Assembly: GCA_051874735.1 (NCBI GenBank)
Contig: JBJEGD010000040.1
Location: 26,438-90,437 of the forward strand
Length of the DNA stretch: 64,000 bases
Reading direction: 5' to 3'
Origin: Candidatus Bruticola sp.
GTDB taxonomy: Bacteria; Vulcanimicrobiota; Xenobia; Xenobiales; Xenobiaceae
How positions within the stretch are numbered: the stretch's first letter is position 1; every line of letters starts with the position of its first letter. A program made the translations under genes and the position numbers. Under the pieces are notes generated by a model that saw nothing but the letters and a program-made list of their open reading frames with translations, was not told the DNA's origin and did no database searches. This document shows positions 9,833-19,778 of this stretch, piece after piece.

Positions 9833-11809
9833 GTGAGCTTTAAAAATTTAGTCAAGACTTTGGGACGCGTTCTCAAATATCTGCTGCCTTATTGGAAAAT
9901 TGTCGTTATTGCGCTGCTGTTTAATCTGTTAGCTACTGGAACCCGTCTGTGCCAGGCTAAATTTGTGGGCTGGATTATGGAATTAATGTCTAAGGGCAGT
10001 CCAGCTATAGCTGAACTTTTGGAACAAGATAAAAGAGAGGATAGCTTAAGACTTCGTCAGGCCGGTATCACTCCTTACGGAGAGAAAGAAGCCACCTCAG
10101 TGGCGGCAGCCGGTGGCCGATCGGCGTCGGGGCAGGTTCAAAATGGCAGAGGGGCTACAGAAGCTGTCAGTAAGTCTGCTGGAGAACTCAACAGTCAGGA
10201 AGAGGCTTTCAACAAATTTTTTAGTTATGACAACGGTCGCAATCCTTTTATGACTCTAAATTACGTTTGTCTGCTGTTCCTAATAGTAATGGCTGTCATG
10301 GGCGTATGCACTTACTTCCAAAAGTATCTTACCGATCAATGTGGTCAGTTGGCCATACGAGATTTCCGCAGCAATGTTTTCTGTGCTTTGCAGCGTCTGC
10401 CAGTTAAATTTTTCGATCAGATGCGATCTGGTGAAGTTTTATCTCGCTCCACAACTGATGTAATCACTGCTTCCGGTGTTTTCAGTCTGCTTTCTGAGTT
10501 TACTAAAAATTTTCTTATGGTAGCCGGATGCTTTATTTGGATGTTCTGGCGCGATTGGCAGATGACGATAGTAGTTTTAGTTATCAGTCCTTTAGTTGCC
10601 ATTGCTATCAGCAATTTCGGGGCAAAAATAGGGCAAAAAACTAGTAAGCTGCAGGCTCGTTTAGCCGATTTGTCAGCTTTGCAGTTCGAAAATGTGTCAG
10701 CTGTAAAAGTTGTCAAAGCTAACTGCCGTGAAGATTATGAGTATAAGCGCTTTGTCGATCGCAATGAAGATAATTACGCCGCACAGATGAAAGTCGTCCA
10801 AGTGCAATCTATGCAGTCACCCGTAGTAGAATTTTTGGGCATAATTGGCATTATTATTATCGTTTGGTTCGGAGCTACTCGCATTCTTCAAGGTCAGGTC
10901 AGCTTTGCACAAATGACCGAATATTGGGCTTTAATGGCCATGACTAGTCACCCACTGTCGGTGCTTTCTACTTTTTACGGTAGCTGCCAAAATTCCGCTG
11001 CCGCGGCGGTGCGAGCTTTTGAAATTATCGATTCCGTTCCGGAAACTTCCTGTGATGGCGCCGAAGTGTTACCCGAAATAAAGGGAGAAGTGGAATTTAA
11101 AAATGTTTCGTTCGCTTATGAAAAAGATAAACCAGTTTTGGAAAACGTCAATTTAAAAATAAAAGCTGGTGAATTTGTCGCTATTGTCGGTACTAATGGT
11201 TCGGGCAAATCTACATTGGTAAATATGTTGGAGCGTTTTTACACTCCCGACTCCGGACAAATTACTATTGACGGTCATGACATTACCAAAGTTACCTTGG
11301 ATTCGCTCCGTTCTCAGATAGGTATCGTCTTTCAAGAATCGGTACTCTTCCGTGATACTATTTATGAAAATGTACGTTACGGAAATTTAGATGCTGATGA
11401 AGCTGAAATTAAAAAGGCTATTACTATGTCGGGAGCTGATGAGTTTGTAGCGAAGTTCCCCGAAGGCTTAAATACTAATGTGGGAGAGCGCGGTTCGGCT
11501 CTCTCTGGAGGTCAGCGCCAACGTTTAGCTGTAGCTAGAGCTTTAGTTCATAATCCACGTATTCTAATTTTAGATGAATACACTTCCGGACTTGACGCCA
11601 ACGCAGAAAGTAGCCTAACTGAAGTGATTGATACTTCTATGAAAGGGCGCACCTGTCTGGTAATTGCCCACCGCTTAGCTACTATTAGACATGCTGATCG
11701 TATTGTAGTTATGAATTCTGGCAAAGTTGCCGAAGAAGGATCTCATAGTGAACTGATGGCTAAAAACGGATTGTATCGCCGTATTTTTGAAACGCAGTCT
11801 ATAGTTTAG
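9833..11809 (+). CDS. ABC exporter, fused TMD+NBD (MsbA/Sav1866-like)
   Basis: TMD with 'LPVKFFD...SGEVLSR', Walker A GTNGSGKST, Q-loop 'VFQE', signature LSGGQRQR, Walker B 'ILILDE', 'IAHRL'. Confidence 0.93.
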   Translation: MSFKNLVKTLGRVLKYLLPYWKIVVIALLFNLLATGTRLCQAKFVGWIMELMSKGSPAIAELLEQDKREDSLRLRQAGITPYGEKEATSVAAAGGRSASGQVQNGRGATEAVSKSAGELNSQEEAFNKFFSYDNGRNPFMTLNYVCLLFLIVMAVMGVCTYFQKYLTDQCGQLAIRDFRSNVFCALQRLPVKFFDQMRSGEVLSRSTTDVITASGVFSLLSEFTKNFLMVAGCFIWMFWRDWQMTIVVLVISPLVAIAISNFGAKIGQKTSKLQARLADLSALQFENVSAVKVVKANCREDYEYKRFVDRNEDNYAAQMKVVQVQSMQSPVVEFLGIIGIIIIVWFGATRILQGQVSFAQMTEYWALMAMTSHPLSVLSTFYGSCQNSAAAAVRAFEIIDSVPETSCDGAEVLPEIKGEVEFKNVSFAYEKDKPVLENVNLKIKAGEFVAIVGTNGSGKSTLVNMLERFYTPDSGQITIDGHDITKVTLDSLRSQIGIVFQESVLFRDTIYENVRYGNLDADEAEIKKAITMSGADEFVAKFPEGLNTNVGERGSALSGGQRQRLAVARALVHNPRILILDEYTSGLDANAESSLTEVIDTSMKGRTCLVIAHRLATIRHADRIVVMNSGKVAEEGSHSELMAKNGLYRRIFETQSIV

Positions 11810-11850
11810 CAGGAAGAGCTTGTCTATAGTTAACTAACATCATAAACAAT

Positions 11851-11919
11851 CGAGCTGAGAAAATGTCTTTGCTCTTGCTAACTAATGGGCAGAGACAAAC
11901 TTCTGAGCTCGTTTTTTTT
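11851..11919 (+). terminator. Intrinsic terminator-like hairpin after the ABC exporter
   Basis: Imperfect long stem CGAGCTGAGAA...TTCTGAGCTCG followed by T8. Confidence 0.6.
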
Positions 11920-11963
11920 GATTTATTATTTCTTTATTTGATTATCGACTTTCCAAACTTAAT

Positions 11964-12011
11964 AAAAAAACGTTCTTGCCAGGGCTTGACAGCCATTTAG
12001 ACAAGAACGTT
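11964..12011 (-). terminator. Intrinsic terminator-like hairpin for the nuclease operon
   Basis: Inverted repeat AACGTTCTTG...CAAGAACGTT preceded by an A-run (U-tract on the minus strand). Confidence 0.55.
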
Positions 12012-12128
12012 AGCCTATAAAAAAAGTAAACAGCACGAACGGTAATACTTTAGACTAAAATTGTCTGCTTGCTTTTTTATCGGAGATTTCAGATAAAAAT
12101 TAGCCTGGAACAGTAAAAACTCAGCTAA

Positions 12129-13166
12129 TTAGGGATTGCAGTTTTTGCATGGTGAATAGCCTTGGCGAATTAGACTGCTGAGCGAGCCTGTGTACTCTTC
12201 TCGATTAGATGGACTGATCTTTTGGGCGTAACTGCAAGAGGGGAGATGAATTTTTTTACTGCGGTTATTGAGAACGTAAATGTTGATAGCTGTACTTTTA
12301 GAGTATTGAGAATTTTTGTTATACTTCTTTTGGTAGGAGGTTTGGGAGGAATTAGAACGTCCGGAATTTTTCTGTTGATAGGCTGTGCCTGCCGCTCCGT
12401 AAGAACTGGCTCCAGTTTTATAGTCAATACTAATTTGGGGCTGCACATTATAGCAGAAAATGTTAAAGAGAATACCTTGGCCGTTATCTTCAACGGACAT
12501 AGCCTCCATAAGCACGCCGTGAGCTACTAAATTATTTCCCTGAAATATGGGAGTAACTCTGTAAAGCACGTGGTTGCCAGTTTCTTTTATGTAGTCGGCT
12601 ACCATATTCTCAAAAGGAAGCATGCCTTGAACATTTAGATATCTGGTGCCGGTGATTAAATTGCGCTCATTGGCATTTTCGGCTGTCAGCTGATAACCAA
12701 TTAAGTGGCAGCGGTTGTACAGATATTTACCTTCTACGCAATCGTACTTGGCTAAATGCCAGCCGCTAGGTTTAACTTGCCCTATCTTGCCTCTTTTAGC
12801 AGTAGGCATAAGATCGCGTCCAATATTGGCGACAGCCACACCGCAGCGCCCCAGGTTATCTAAAGGACTGTATCTTTCATAAGAGCGTGAGGTACGGTCA
12901 GCTTTAGTAAAATAGGGTACATTTTTATTGATAACAGCATAAGGGGTACCTGAGTAGGCAGGAACTTTAGCTAAGGAAAATTTACCTGCAGTTGAATTGG
13001 AGACTTTTTTTGTTGAAGCGGCTAATAGTTTAATTGTGGAATCTGCTGCTTCGACCGGTTTCAAGTTTAGAGCTACGAAGCTCAAAACTGCGATTATGAA
13101 TAACAGCAACCACAACTGTCTCGACTTATTTTTGCTGCTTACATTAGCAAAGTTGTATCTGTGCAT
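12129..13166 (-). CDS. Secreted DNA/RNA non-specific endonuclease (EndA-like beta-beta-alpha-Me) with C-terminal Ada-type metal-binding domain
   Basis: 'YSPLDNLGRCG', 'PSGWH', 'YNRCHLIG', 'NLITGTRYLN', 'YRVTP', 'YNVQPQISIDYKTG'; tail 'N..SKKIHLPSC...GYSPCKNCNP'. Confidence 0.9.
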   Translation of the reverse strand: MHRYNFANVSSKNKSRQLWLLLFIIAVLSFVALNLKPVEAADSTIKLLAASTKKVSNSTAGKFSLAKVPAYSGTPYAVINKNVPYFTKADRTSRSYERYSPLDNLGRCGVAVANIGRDLMPTAKRGKIGQVKPSGWHLAKYDCVEGKYLYNRCHLIGYQLTAENANERNLITGTRYLNVQGMLPFENMVADYIKETGNHVLYRVTPIFQGNNLVAHGVLMEAMSVEDNGQGILFNIFCYNVQPQISIDYKTGASSYGAAGTAYQQKNSGRSNSSQTSYQKKYNKNSQYSKSTAINIYVLNNRSKKIHLPSCSYAQKISPSNREEYTGSLSSLIRQGYSPCKNCNP

Positions 13167-13171
13167 ATTTT

Positions 13172-13591
13172 TTAACCTTTGCGTACAAAAATTTCTTCAG
13201 TAATTTTTTCATGAGAAGAGCCTACAAAGTCGGCAGAGCTTATTTTCTGCCATTCTTGAAGCAGATTCAAGTCAAAATAAAAATCAGCAGGATAAGTTCT
13301 GTTCCACCTGTAGATAATTATTCGTTCTATTTTATCTTTGTAAGCGGCTGCCGAAACATTTTCCAGGAAACAGTAATCCCCAGATGAAGCTTCACTTAAA
13401 AAATTTTTGCTGATAGATAATTGCTCTGGAGCCGCTTGCGAAGCAAATTGTTCAGCTGAGTAGGCGTTTAAAAACAGCTTTTTACCAGACAGTTTAGAAA
13501 TTAATCTCTCGCGCATCAGTCTATCTTGACTTTGACGCCGGTTATTGAACATTAAGCCGTTTTGATTATCTAGAGCGGCTACGAGAATCAT
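13172..13591 (-). CDS. Small protein with DHFR-like N-terminus, conserved hypothetical
   Basis: 'MILVAALDNQNGLMFNNRRQSQD' resembles the DHFR N-terminus; 'IIIYRWNRTYPADFYF' and 'FVGSSHEKITEEIF' typify this family. Confidence 0.65.
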   Translation of the reverse strand: MILVAALDNQNGLMFNNRRQSQDRLMRERLISKLSGKKLFLNAYSAEQFASQAAPEQLSISKNFLSEASSGDYCFLENVSAAAYKDKIERIIIYRWNRTYPADFYFDLNLLQEWQKISSADFVGSSHEKITEEIFVRKG

Positions 13592-13891
13592 ATGCTTATT
13601 TTTCCTTTCTCAAGTTCAGCTGCCCAGTGAAATAATTTACCGTTTAGTTCGTAATCTGCTCGGCAGCCGCGGATAGATTTTCTTCTTAACTAATAAATAT
13701 TGCAAGATCTAGTGAGAATTTTTTTGACTGAAGCTGACCTAAAAAATTGGCTTTATTATTTAGTTTTTGCTTATGTGCTGCGCTGATAATATCTTTACTT
13801 TTATAAGTTATGTTTTGAAATAGAGCTTGTAAACGGGGCGGGGTGGTCTTGTTTTTTTAGCAAGGCAGCCGTCTCAAAGGGGGGAAAAGTA

Positions 13892-15454
13892 ATGTTTGCC
13901 AATATTTTTACGGCCGCTTTAATCGGTGTTAATTCTCATTTGGTTTCTTGTGAAGTCGATATTTCTAGAGGTTTACCTAGGTGTATAGTGGTAGGCCTGC
14001 CCGATGCTGCTGTTAGTGAAGCTGGTGAGCGCGTTTGGGCCGCTTTCAGTAATTCCGGTTACGAGGCGCCGGTGGGGCGGGTGCGCATTAATTTGGCTCC
14101 GGCTGAGCTGCGCAAAGAAGGAGCCCGCTTCGATCTTTCCATGGCTTTGGCCGTTTTAGCCGCCGATGAAAACTGTGATTGCGTAACGCCAGATATGGTG
14201 AAAAATTGGCTAGTGTTGGGTGAATTAGCTATGAACGGACGAGTTCGCGGCGTGCGCGGTGTGTTGCTTTCCGTTTTAATGGCTAAACGCTTGGGCTTTA
14301 CTAATGTTATGGTGCCCCAAGAAAATTTAGCTGAAGCCTCACTAGTAGAAGGGATAAACTGCCAGGGAGTTTCCTGTTTGGCGCACGCCGCCGCCTTAGT
14401 TAGCGGCCAATATCAAGAAGCTATGGCTATAGAAGCGGGACAGCAAACTGAATATGCCCATTATATTGGCAGCTCAGCAGAACTAGTTAGCAGCTCTGCG
14501 GAGGAGAACGATCTTAAATATGTCTGCGGTCAAGCGGTCGCTAAGCGCGGATTGGAAATTTGTGCCGCCGGAGGACATCATATTTTGATGCTGGGGCCTC
14601 CAGGCTCAGGTAAAACTATGCTGGCCCGTTGTTTGTCGTCAATTTTACCCCGGCTCAGTCGCGAAGAGGCCATCGAGGTGGCGGCTATTCACAGCGTTTC
14701 TCAGTGCTTCAGCTCTAAAATGCTTCAGCAAATTCCCTTCCGATCCCCTTCTTCCAATATTTCTGCAGCCGGTTTGTTAGGTAGCATTCAGCCTGGAGAA
14801 GTTACTTTGTCTCATAAAGGTATTCTCTTTATGGACGAGTTCCCCGAGTTTCGGCGCGATTGTTTGGAAGCTTTACGTCGTCCTTTAGAATCAGGGCAAA
14901 TCGAAATTGCCAGAGCAAAAGTTCATACTCAGTATCCTTGTCGCTTCACCTTAGTGGCAGCCATGAATCCTTGTCCTTGTGGTTATTGGGGCGATCGTGA
15001 AAAAAACTGTATCTGTCAGCCGTCCAAGCGTCTGCGTTATTTATCGCGCCTTTCCGGACCTCTTCTTGATCGTATCGACCTGCAAATTCAGGTATCGCGC
15101 GCTTCTGCCGCTGAATTGCTTGAAACTTCTTTAAGTGAAAGTTCGGCTCAAGTTCGCGCTCGAGTCGAAAGAGCTTTAGAAGTGCAACGTCAGCGCGGCT
15201 GTCGCAGCGCCTTTATGAATGCTGCTCAAACCCGCCGTTTCTGCCTTCTCGATAAAGAGAGTCAAAAATTTTTAGCCGATGAGGTCAAGAAGCGTCATCT
15301 CTCCGGAAGAGTTAAAGATCGTCTCTGTCGCACCGCTCGGACTATAGCCGACCTGGCCGGACGTGACCATATTATTTTGAGTGATTTATGCGAAGCTATG
15401 GAGTACCGAGCTTTCGATCGTTTTATGGCTTCCCTGGACAGTCGCTTTGTATAA
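13892..15454 (+). CDS. comM: YifB/ComM Mg-chelatase-like AAA+ ATPase
   Basis: 'VGLPDAAVSE', 'INLAPAELRKEG..FDL', 'GPPGSGKTMLA', 'LFMDEFPEF', 'AMNPCPCG', 'LSGPLLDRID', 'ARTIADL'. Confidence 0.93.
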   Translation: MFANIFTAALIGVNSHLVSCEVDISRGLPRCIVVGLPDAAVSEAGERVWAAFSNSGYEAPVGRVRINLAPAELRKEGARFDLSMALAVLAADENCDCVTPDMVKNWLVLGELAMNGRVRGVRGVLLSVLMAKRLGFTNVMVPQENLAEASLVEGINCQGVSCLAHAAALVSGQYQEAMAIEAGQQTEYAHYIGSSAELVSSSAEENDLKYVCGQAVAKRGLEICAAGGHHILMLGPPGSGKTMLARCLSSILPRLSREEAIEVAAIHSVSQCFSSKMLQQIPFRSPSSNISAAGLLGSIQPGEVTLSHKGILFMDEFPEFRRDCLEALRRPLESGQIEIARAKVHTQYPCRFTLVAAMNPCPCGYWGDREKNCICQPSKRLRYLSRLSGPLLDRIDLQIQVSRASAAELLETSLSESSAQVRARVERALEVQRQRGCRSAFMNAAQTRRFCLLDKESQKFLADEVKKRHLSGRVKDRLCRTARTIADLAGRDHIILSDLCEAMEYRAFDRFMASLDSRFV

Positions 15455-15516
15455 ATTAATTTCAATATGTTAGAATTAGTGCCGTTAGTTTTATAATTTT
15501 CAGAAAGTATGAGCTT

Positions 15517-15912
15517 ATGGGCCCTATGATGAAATTTTTGAACGGTATGCTGGGTAATGCTTCTGAAGTTAGTGCTGAGGAAATTTTTCGCGAATATGCC
15601 GAAATTTTTATACCAGGAGAAACTATCGATCGCGCTTATAGGCAGATCCGCGATCTAATTATTTTTACTAATAAGCGTTTCATTTTTATAAATATTCAGG
15701 GTTTATCAGGCAAAAAAGTCTCCTTCTACAGCATTCCTTACAAAAATATCAGCCATTTTTGCACCGAAACTGCCGGCACTATAGATCTCGATTCAGAGTT
15801 GAAAATTTGGGTAGTTGGTTCCAATATTCCGGTAGTCGATCTAAAATTCAGTAAAGATTTAAATATTAACGATATTCAAGTTCTATTGGCTGGATATACA
15901 TTAAAGTCTTAG
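15517..15912 (+). CDS. Bacterial PH-domain protein (bPH_1 type)
   Basis: 'LGNAS', 'IRDLIIFTNKR', 'QGLSGKK', 'ETAGTIDLDSELKIW'. Confidence 0.88.
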   Translation: MGPMMKFLNGMLGNASEVSAEEIFREYAEIFIPGETIDRAYRQIRDLIIFTNKRFIFINIQGLSGKKVSFYSIPYKNISHFCTETAGTIDLDSELKIWVVGSNIPVVDLKFSKDLNINDIQVLLAGYTLKS

Positions 15913-16055
15913 TTTATTTAGATCGTCTTATTAACCTTTCATCTAAAAGTCGCTTTAGCTTAGGTTACTTTATAAAAAGGCACCGCCTTTTGAAGCTGTT
16001 TGTACTATTTTTTTCTCGGCTGGTCGGCTAGTTAGCTGTATACTGATAGGCTGTT

Positions 16056-16066
16056 TGTGCTAAAAT
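16056..16066 (+). promoter_or_regulatory. Putative extended -10 element upstream of iscS
   Basis: TGTGcTAAAAT about 70 nt before the ATG. Confidence 0.4.
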
Positions 16067-16138
16067 GCGGCCAGTTAAAGCGGACGAGCCGCTTTTTTAA
16101 TTTAGTTTAAGCTTTGCAATAGAAGTGAGTTTTGTTTC

Positions 16139-17320
16139 ATGATCTATTTAGATAATGCAGCTACAACTGCGGTATTGCCCGAGGTCGTTGAGGCTATGCT
16201 GCCGTTCTTTACTAAGTTTTATGGTAACCCTTCCAATATTTACGGTCTTTCCTTGACTTCGCGCCGTGCTCTTGATGCAGCCCGAGCTTCAGTCGCTAAA
16301 TCTATTGGGGCCAAACTTCCTGCTGAGATATTCTTTACCGGATGTGGTACTGAATCGGATAATTTGGCTGTTATCGGTTTAGCTCGGGCTAGACGAGAAT
16401 TGGGCAATCACATTATTACTACCGCTGTAGAACATCATGCTGTGCTGCATGCTTGTGAACAGTTAAAAAAAGAAGGTTTTGAAATAACCAAAATTCCAGT
16501 CAATTCTCAAGGATTGATTACGGTTGAGCAAGTGGTCGATGCTTTAACAGATAAAACTATTTTAGTTTCGGTTATGATGGCTAACAACGAGGTCGGCACT
16601 ATTCAGCCTATAGCTGAGCTGGGGCGCCTTTTAGCTAATCATCAAGCTTATCTGCATACTGACGCTGTACAGGCTGCCGGCTATATCCCTATAAACGTGG
16701 TTGAGTTGGGGGTAGATGCTCTCAGCATGTCTGCTCACAAATTCCACGGTCCTAAGGGCGTGGGGGCACTTTATTTGCGCACTGGAGTGAGGCCTTTAAG
16801 TGTTAATTATGGTGGAGGCCAAGAGCGAGGGCTGCGTTCTGGAACAGAAAATGTTCCAGGTATTATAGGCTTAGCTAAAGCTTTGGAAATTTCCTGTACC
16901 GATCAAGCTAAGCGAGCTGAAGATTTGCAAGCTAAACGAGATTATTTAGTGAATAAAATCAGTTCTGCAGTACGTGGGGCCGAATTGACAGGCCATCCCA
17001 CATTGCGTTTGCCGGGTAATGCCAGTTTCGTTTTTCCTGGAGTGGAAGGCGAATCTTTAATTATGCAGCTCGATCGCAAAGGGGTGTGCGCTTCTTCCGG
17101 TTCCGCCTGCGCTTCTTCTGCTTTGGGCGTTTCGCATGTTTTGGAAGCTATGGGATACCATGCGCCTTTAGGTAGGGGCAGTCTTCGTTTAACTCTCGAT
17201 GCTTCTATTACTTATTCTGAGCTCGATGAAGCGGCCGATATTATTATTAAAGCCGTTCAGAAACTGCAAGCTATGGCTCCTAAGTCTTGTTTCAGTAAAA
17301 CGCGTTCCTGTGGCCGCTAA
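16139..17320 (+). CDS. iscS: Cysteine desulfurase (IscS/NifS, class I)
   Basis: 'IYLDNAATT', 'GNPS', 'GTESDN', 'EHHAV', 'NNEVGT', PLP Lys in 'SAHKFHGPKG', catalytic Cys in 'SSGSAC'. Confidence 0.96.
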   Translation: MIYLDNAATTAVLPEVVEAMLPFFTKFYGNPSNIYGLSLTSRRALDAARASVAKSIGAKLPAEIFFTGCGTESDNLAVIGLARARRELGNHIITTAVEHHAVLHACEQLKKEGFEITKIPVNSQGLITVEQVVDALTDKTILVSVMMANNEVGTIQPIAELGRLLANHQAYLHTDAVQAAGYIPINVVELGVDALSMSAHKFHGPKGVGALYLRTGVRPLSVNYGGGQERGLRSGTENVPGIIGLAKALEISCTDQAKRAEDLQAKRDYLVNKISSAVRGAELTGHPTLRLPGNASFVFPGVEGESLIMQLDRKGVCASSGSACASSALGVSHVLEAMGYHAPLGRGSLRLTLDASITYSELDEAADIIIKAVQKLQAMAPKSCFSKTRSCGR

Positions 17321-17325
17321 AAAAT

Positions 17326-17709
17326 ATGGAATATTCAGCTAAAACTTTACTGCACGGAGAAAAGCCTGCTCATGTGGGGGAAATAGTTGGAGCTCATGGG
17401 CATGCGCAGGCGGAAAATCCTGTTTGTGGCGACACCGTAGAATTTTGGATAAATCTTGATGCTGAAAGAAAAAGTGTGCAGCAGGTAGTTTTTAAGTCGT
17501 TCGGATGTTTGGCTGCTGCTGCTGCTTCAGAAGCCTTGTGCGAGTTAGCTCAAGGGAGGTCCGTAAATGTCGCCCTCGCCCTAGAGGAGAAGGATATTCT
17601 GGAAGTTTTAGACGGACTTCCTCCAACTAAGCAGCATGGAGCTGCATTAGCGTGTGAAGCTTTTCAAGAAGCTTTAAACCAAGCCGTGTGCCATCAGACG
17701 AGCTGCTAG
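17326..17709 (+). CDS. iscU: IscU/NifU-N-like Fe-S scaffold with the third conserved Cys replaced
   Basis: 'NPVCGD', 'FGC', 'LDGLPPTKQH'; 5 nt downstream of iscS. Confidence 0.82.
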   Translation: MEYSAKTLLHGEKPAHVGEIVGAHGHAQAENPVCGDTVEFWINLDAERKSVQQVVFKSFGCLAAAAASEALCELAQGRSVNVALALEEKDILEVLDGLPPTKQHGAALACEAFQEALNQAVCHQTSC

Positions 17710-17836
17710 TTTGCTGCAAGTAGTAAACTAGGAGACTAATCTGGTAAAAAGTAAACAATCGCAACTTTTTGCAGGTGAAAAAGGGCTCAGGATGAACTTG
17801 AGCCTAATTTTTGCTAATTAAGAGGATTTAGCTCTT

Positions 17837-18154
17837 TTGCATTATTCTTTACACAATCGAGAGAGCAGAGCCAGCCGTCAGAGAGAAGCGGCTCATCAGC
17901 GGGCTATGGAGCCTACGCGCCGTTATTGCTATATAACTAAACGTGAAGTCACCGTCTGTATAGATTATCCCCAATATGTTAATTTCAGGTGTAAAGGGCC
18001 TGAGGGCGAAGTTTACTGTGAACACATAGTAGAGTGCTATCGCAAGGGCGTAAAATGTCGCCACAGCGGTATCTCTCAGCTTTATCCCGATCCTTTTACA
18101 CCTGAATCAGCTGCCAGTCTTCCCGATAAAGAACTGACGTTAGATAACGTTTGA
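17837..18154 (+). CDS. Small Cys-rich hypothetical protein
   Basis: GAGG upstream of the TTG; six Cys in about 55 aa. Start uncertain. Confidence 0.55.
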   Translation: MHYSLHNRESRASRQREAAHQRAMEPTRRYCYITKREVTVCIDYPQYVNFRCKGPEGEVYCEHIVECYRKGVKCRHSGISQLYPDPFTPESAASLPDKELTLDNV

Positions 18155-18208
18155 ACTGGCAGTTTTTTATCAGCTTAAGCTGACTGGCTGCTCACCGATA
18201 GACAAACT

Positions 18209-19666
18209 TTAGAAATGCATGTTCTTTTCTCGGGAGCAGGTTTCTTTTGTTCTAGTAATGGAAGGGGTCGAAGTGGCCGTAGTCTTGCTATTTTGCTTGG
18301 CATAGCTACTGTGCTTAGTCGATCTTTTCCAATTACGTCCGTTTCTGTCTGTTAGAGGAATTTCTACTTCTTCGACTACAGAAGCCTTAAAGTCTATAGA
18401 TAGGTCCATTAAGCAGGCGTACTGATGACCGTCCACCCGTTTAGAAATTTCGACCTGTTGACCTGGAGCTAAAGGATTTATTAAGTAATCTTCTACTACT
18501 TCCCAATGGGAGCCACGTTTGCTGCTTTTGACCATAAATTTGACCATAAAAGGTTTTTTAACAGCTAATTCGCCCGTGTTTCGTATAGTAGCTTTTATTT
18601 CGTAGGCAGTGAGGAAGAATGACATTTGGCGCAGCACATCAAACTCCACAATTTCCGGATTAGCTGGCTTCGGTTTCACGTTGCCGCTGTTGGTGGACGA
18701 ACCGTTTGAACTGCTTTCCGTTAGAGAACTGGGCTGAGCTGAAGAAGTTGTTTGAGAATAGCTGATAACTGCTGGCTGTGGCTGCTGCTGAGTAGGGGCG
18801 CCCACATTAGTGGGAGCTGTTCCGTTTACGCCTGTTGCTAGGCCGTACATTTGATTTAATCCTGAAGGGTAACGCATGCCAACTGCGTTGTGCATAGTAG
18901 ATACCTCTTCTATAGTGCGCGGCTGTTCAGTAGTGATCTGACGTGAGCCAACATTAGTTACTGAAACCACGGGACGTTCATAAGGGGAACTTTTTGCGTT
19001 TTTGCTGCTTAAGCCGCCCAAGCCAGCCTCAGGAAAAGCTGGGTTGTCCATAGCATCGGGAGCTGATATCACAGAAGAAGAGCCGTTGATATTAGGCAAA
19101 GTTTCTAAAGGAGGCATGCCGAAAACGTTGCCACCGTTCTGAATACTGCTCAGGTAAGCATTTTTAGCACTTACTCGGCCGTTTAATGTAGGCAGAGGAA
19201 CTGAACTCAGAGTAGCATTGCCGCTGCTTCCGCTGTCAGTTTTTACTATAATTTGTTTTTCGTTATTGGTAATTTGCGCTTTGATAATGGCGCATATTTC
19301 GTTGAGCTGAACAACTAAATCATTTTCGTACAGGCCAGAAGGAGCTTGCAGAGGAATTTGCTGGCCATTGTAAATGCAGTAAGTTTGCCCGACAACGATG
19401 GTTAACATAGAAGATGACCAAGAAGCTTCTAATTTCTGACCGTCAAACTCTACTGAAGCACCTGAGGCTCGAAGTAGAGGAGAAGCTTTGACAGCTATAT
19501 CGTTGCCCGTAGAGCCAATTACTGCTGAACGCTCTAGAGGTACGCCGTTTACCAGAACATCGGGATTGATCTGGGCCTGCTGAGCTAATGATATACCGCT
19601 AGTTAGTGTAAACAGCAACACCAAGCAGAGAAGCGGCCAACTCAGCCGCCGATAATGATCATGCAT
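18209..19666 (-). CDS. Secreted protein: copper-amine-oxidase-N (stalk)-like domain, S/T/P-rich linker, CARDB-like Ig domain
   Basis: Signal peptide; 'VLVNG...ASGASVEFD...IVVGQ...NGQQIPLQAP'; C-terminal 'ATIRNTGE....PFMVKF...INPLAPGQQVEI'. Confidence 0.65.
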   Translation of the reverse strand: MHDHYRRLSWPLLCLVLLFTLTSGISLAQQAQINPDVLVNGVPLERSAVIGSTGNDIAVKASPLLRASGASVEFDGQKLEASWSSSMLTIVVGQTYCIYNGQQIPLQAPSGLYENDLVVQLNEICAIIKAQITNNEKQIIVKTDSGSSGNATLSSVPLPTLNGRVSAKNAYLSSIQNGGNVFGMPPLETLPNINGSSSVISAPDAMDNPAFPEAGLGGLSSKNAKSSPYERPVVSVTNVGSRQITTEQPRTIEEVSTMHNAVGMRYPSGLNQMYGLATGVNGTAPTNVGAPTQQQPQPAVISYSQTTSSAQPSSLTESSSNGSSTNSGNVKPKPANPEIVEFDVLRQMSFFLTAYEIKATIRNTGELAVKKPFMVKFMVKSSKRGSHWEVVEDYLINPLAPGQQVEISKRVDGHQYACLMDLSIDFKASVVEEVEIPLTDRNGRNWKRSTKHSSYAKQNSKTTATSTPSITRTKETCSREKNMHF

Positions 19667-19778
19667 AATAAATAAACTCCTGAGTAAATTCCGGACTACT
19701 TATAAGCAGAGAAGCCTGCCTGCTAAGTTTGTGCGAAACATCCGCCGCAGAGAAATTTTAGCAGAAAAGCGGCGTCTT

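Noticed and set aside
13172-13591. Calling it ribonuclease Z or a true DHFR
   Set aside because: No HxHxDH metallo-beta-lactamase motif, and the DHFR 'PW' and 'MGRKT' motifs are absent.
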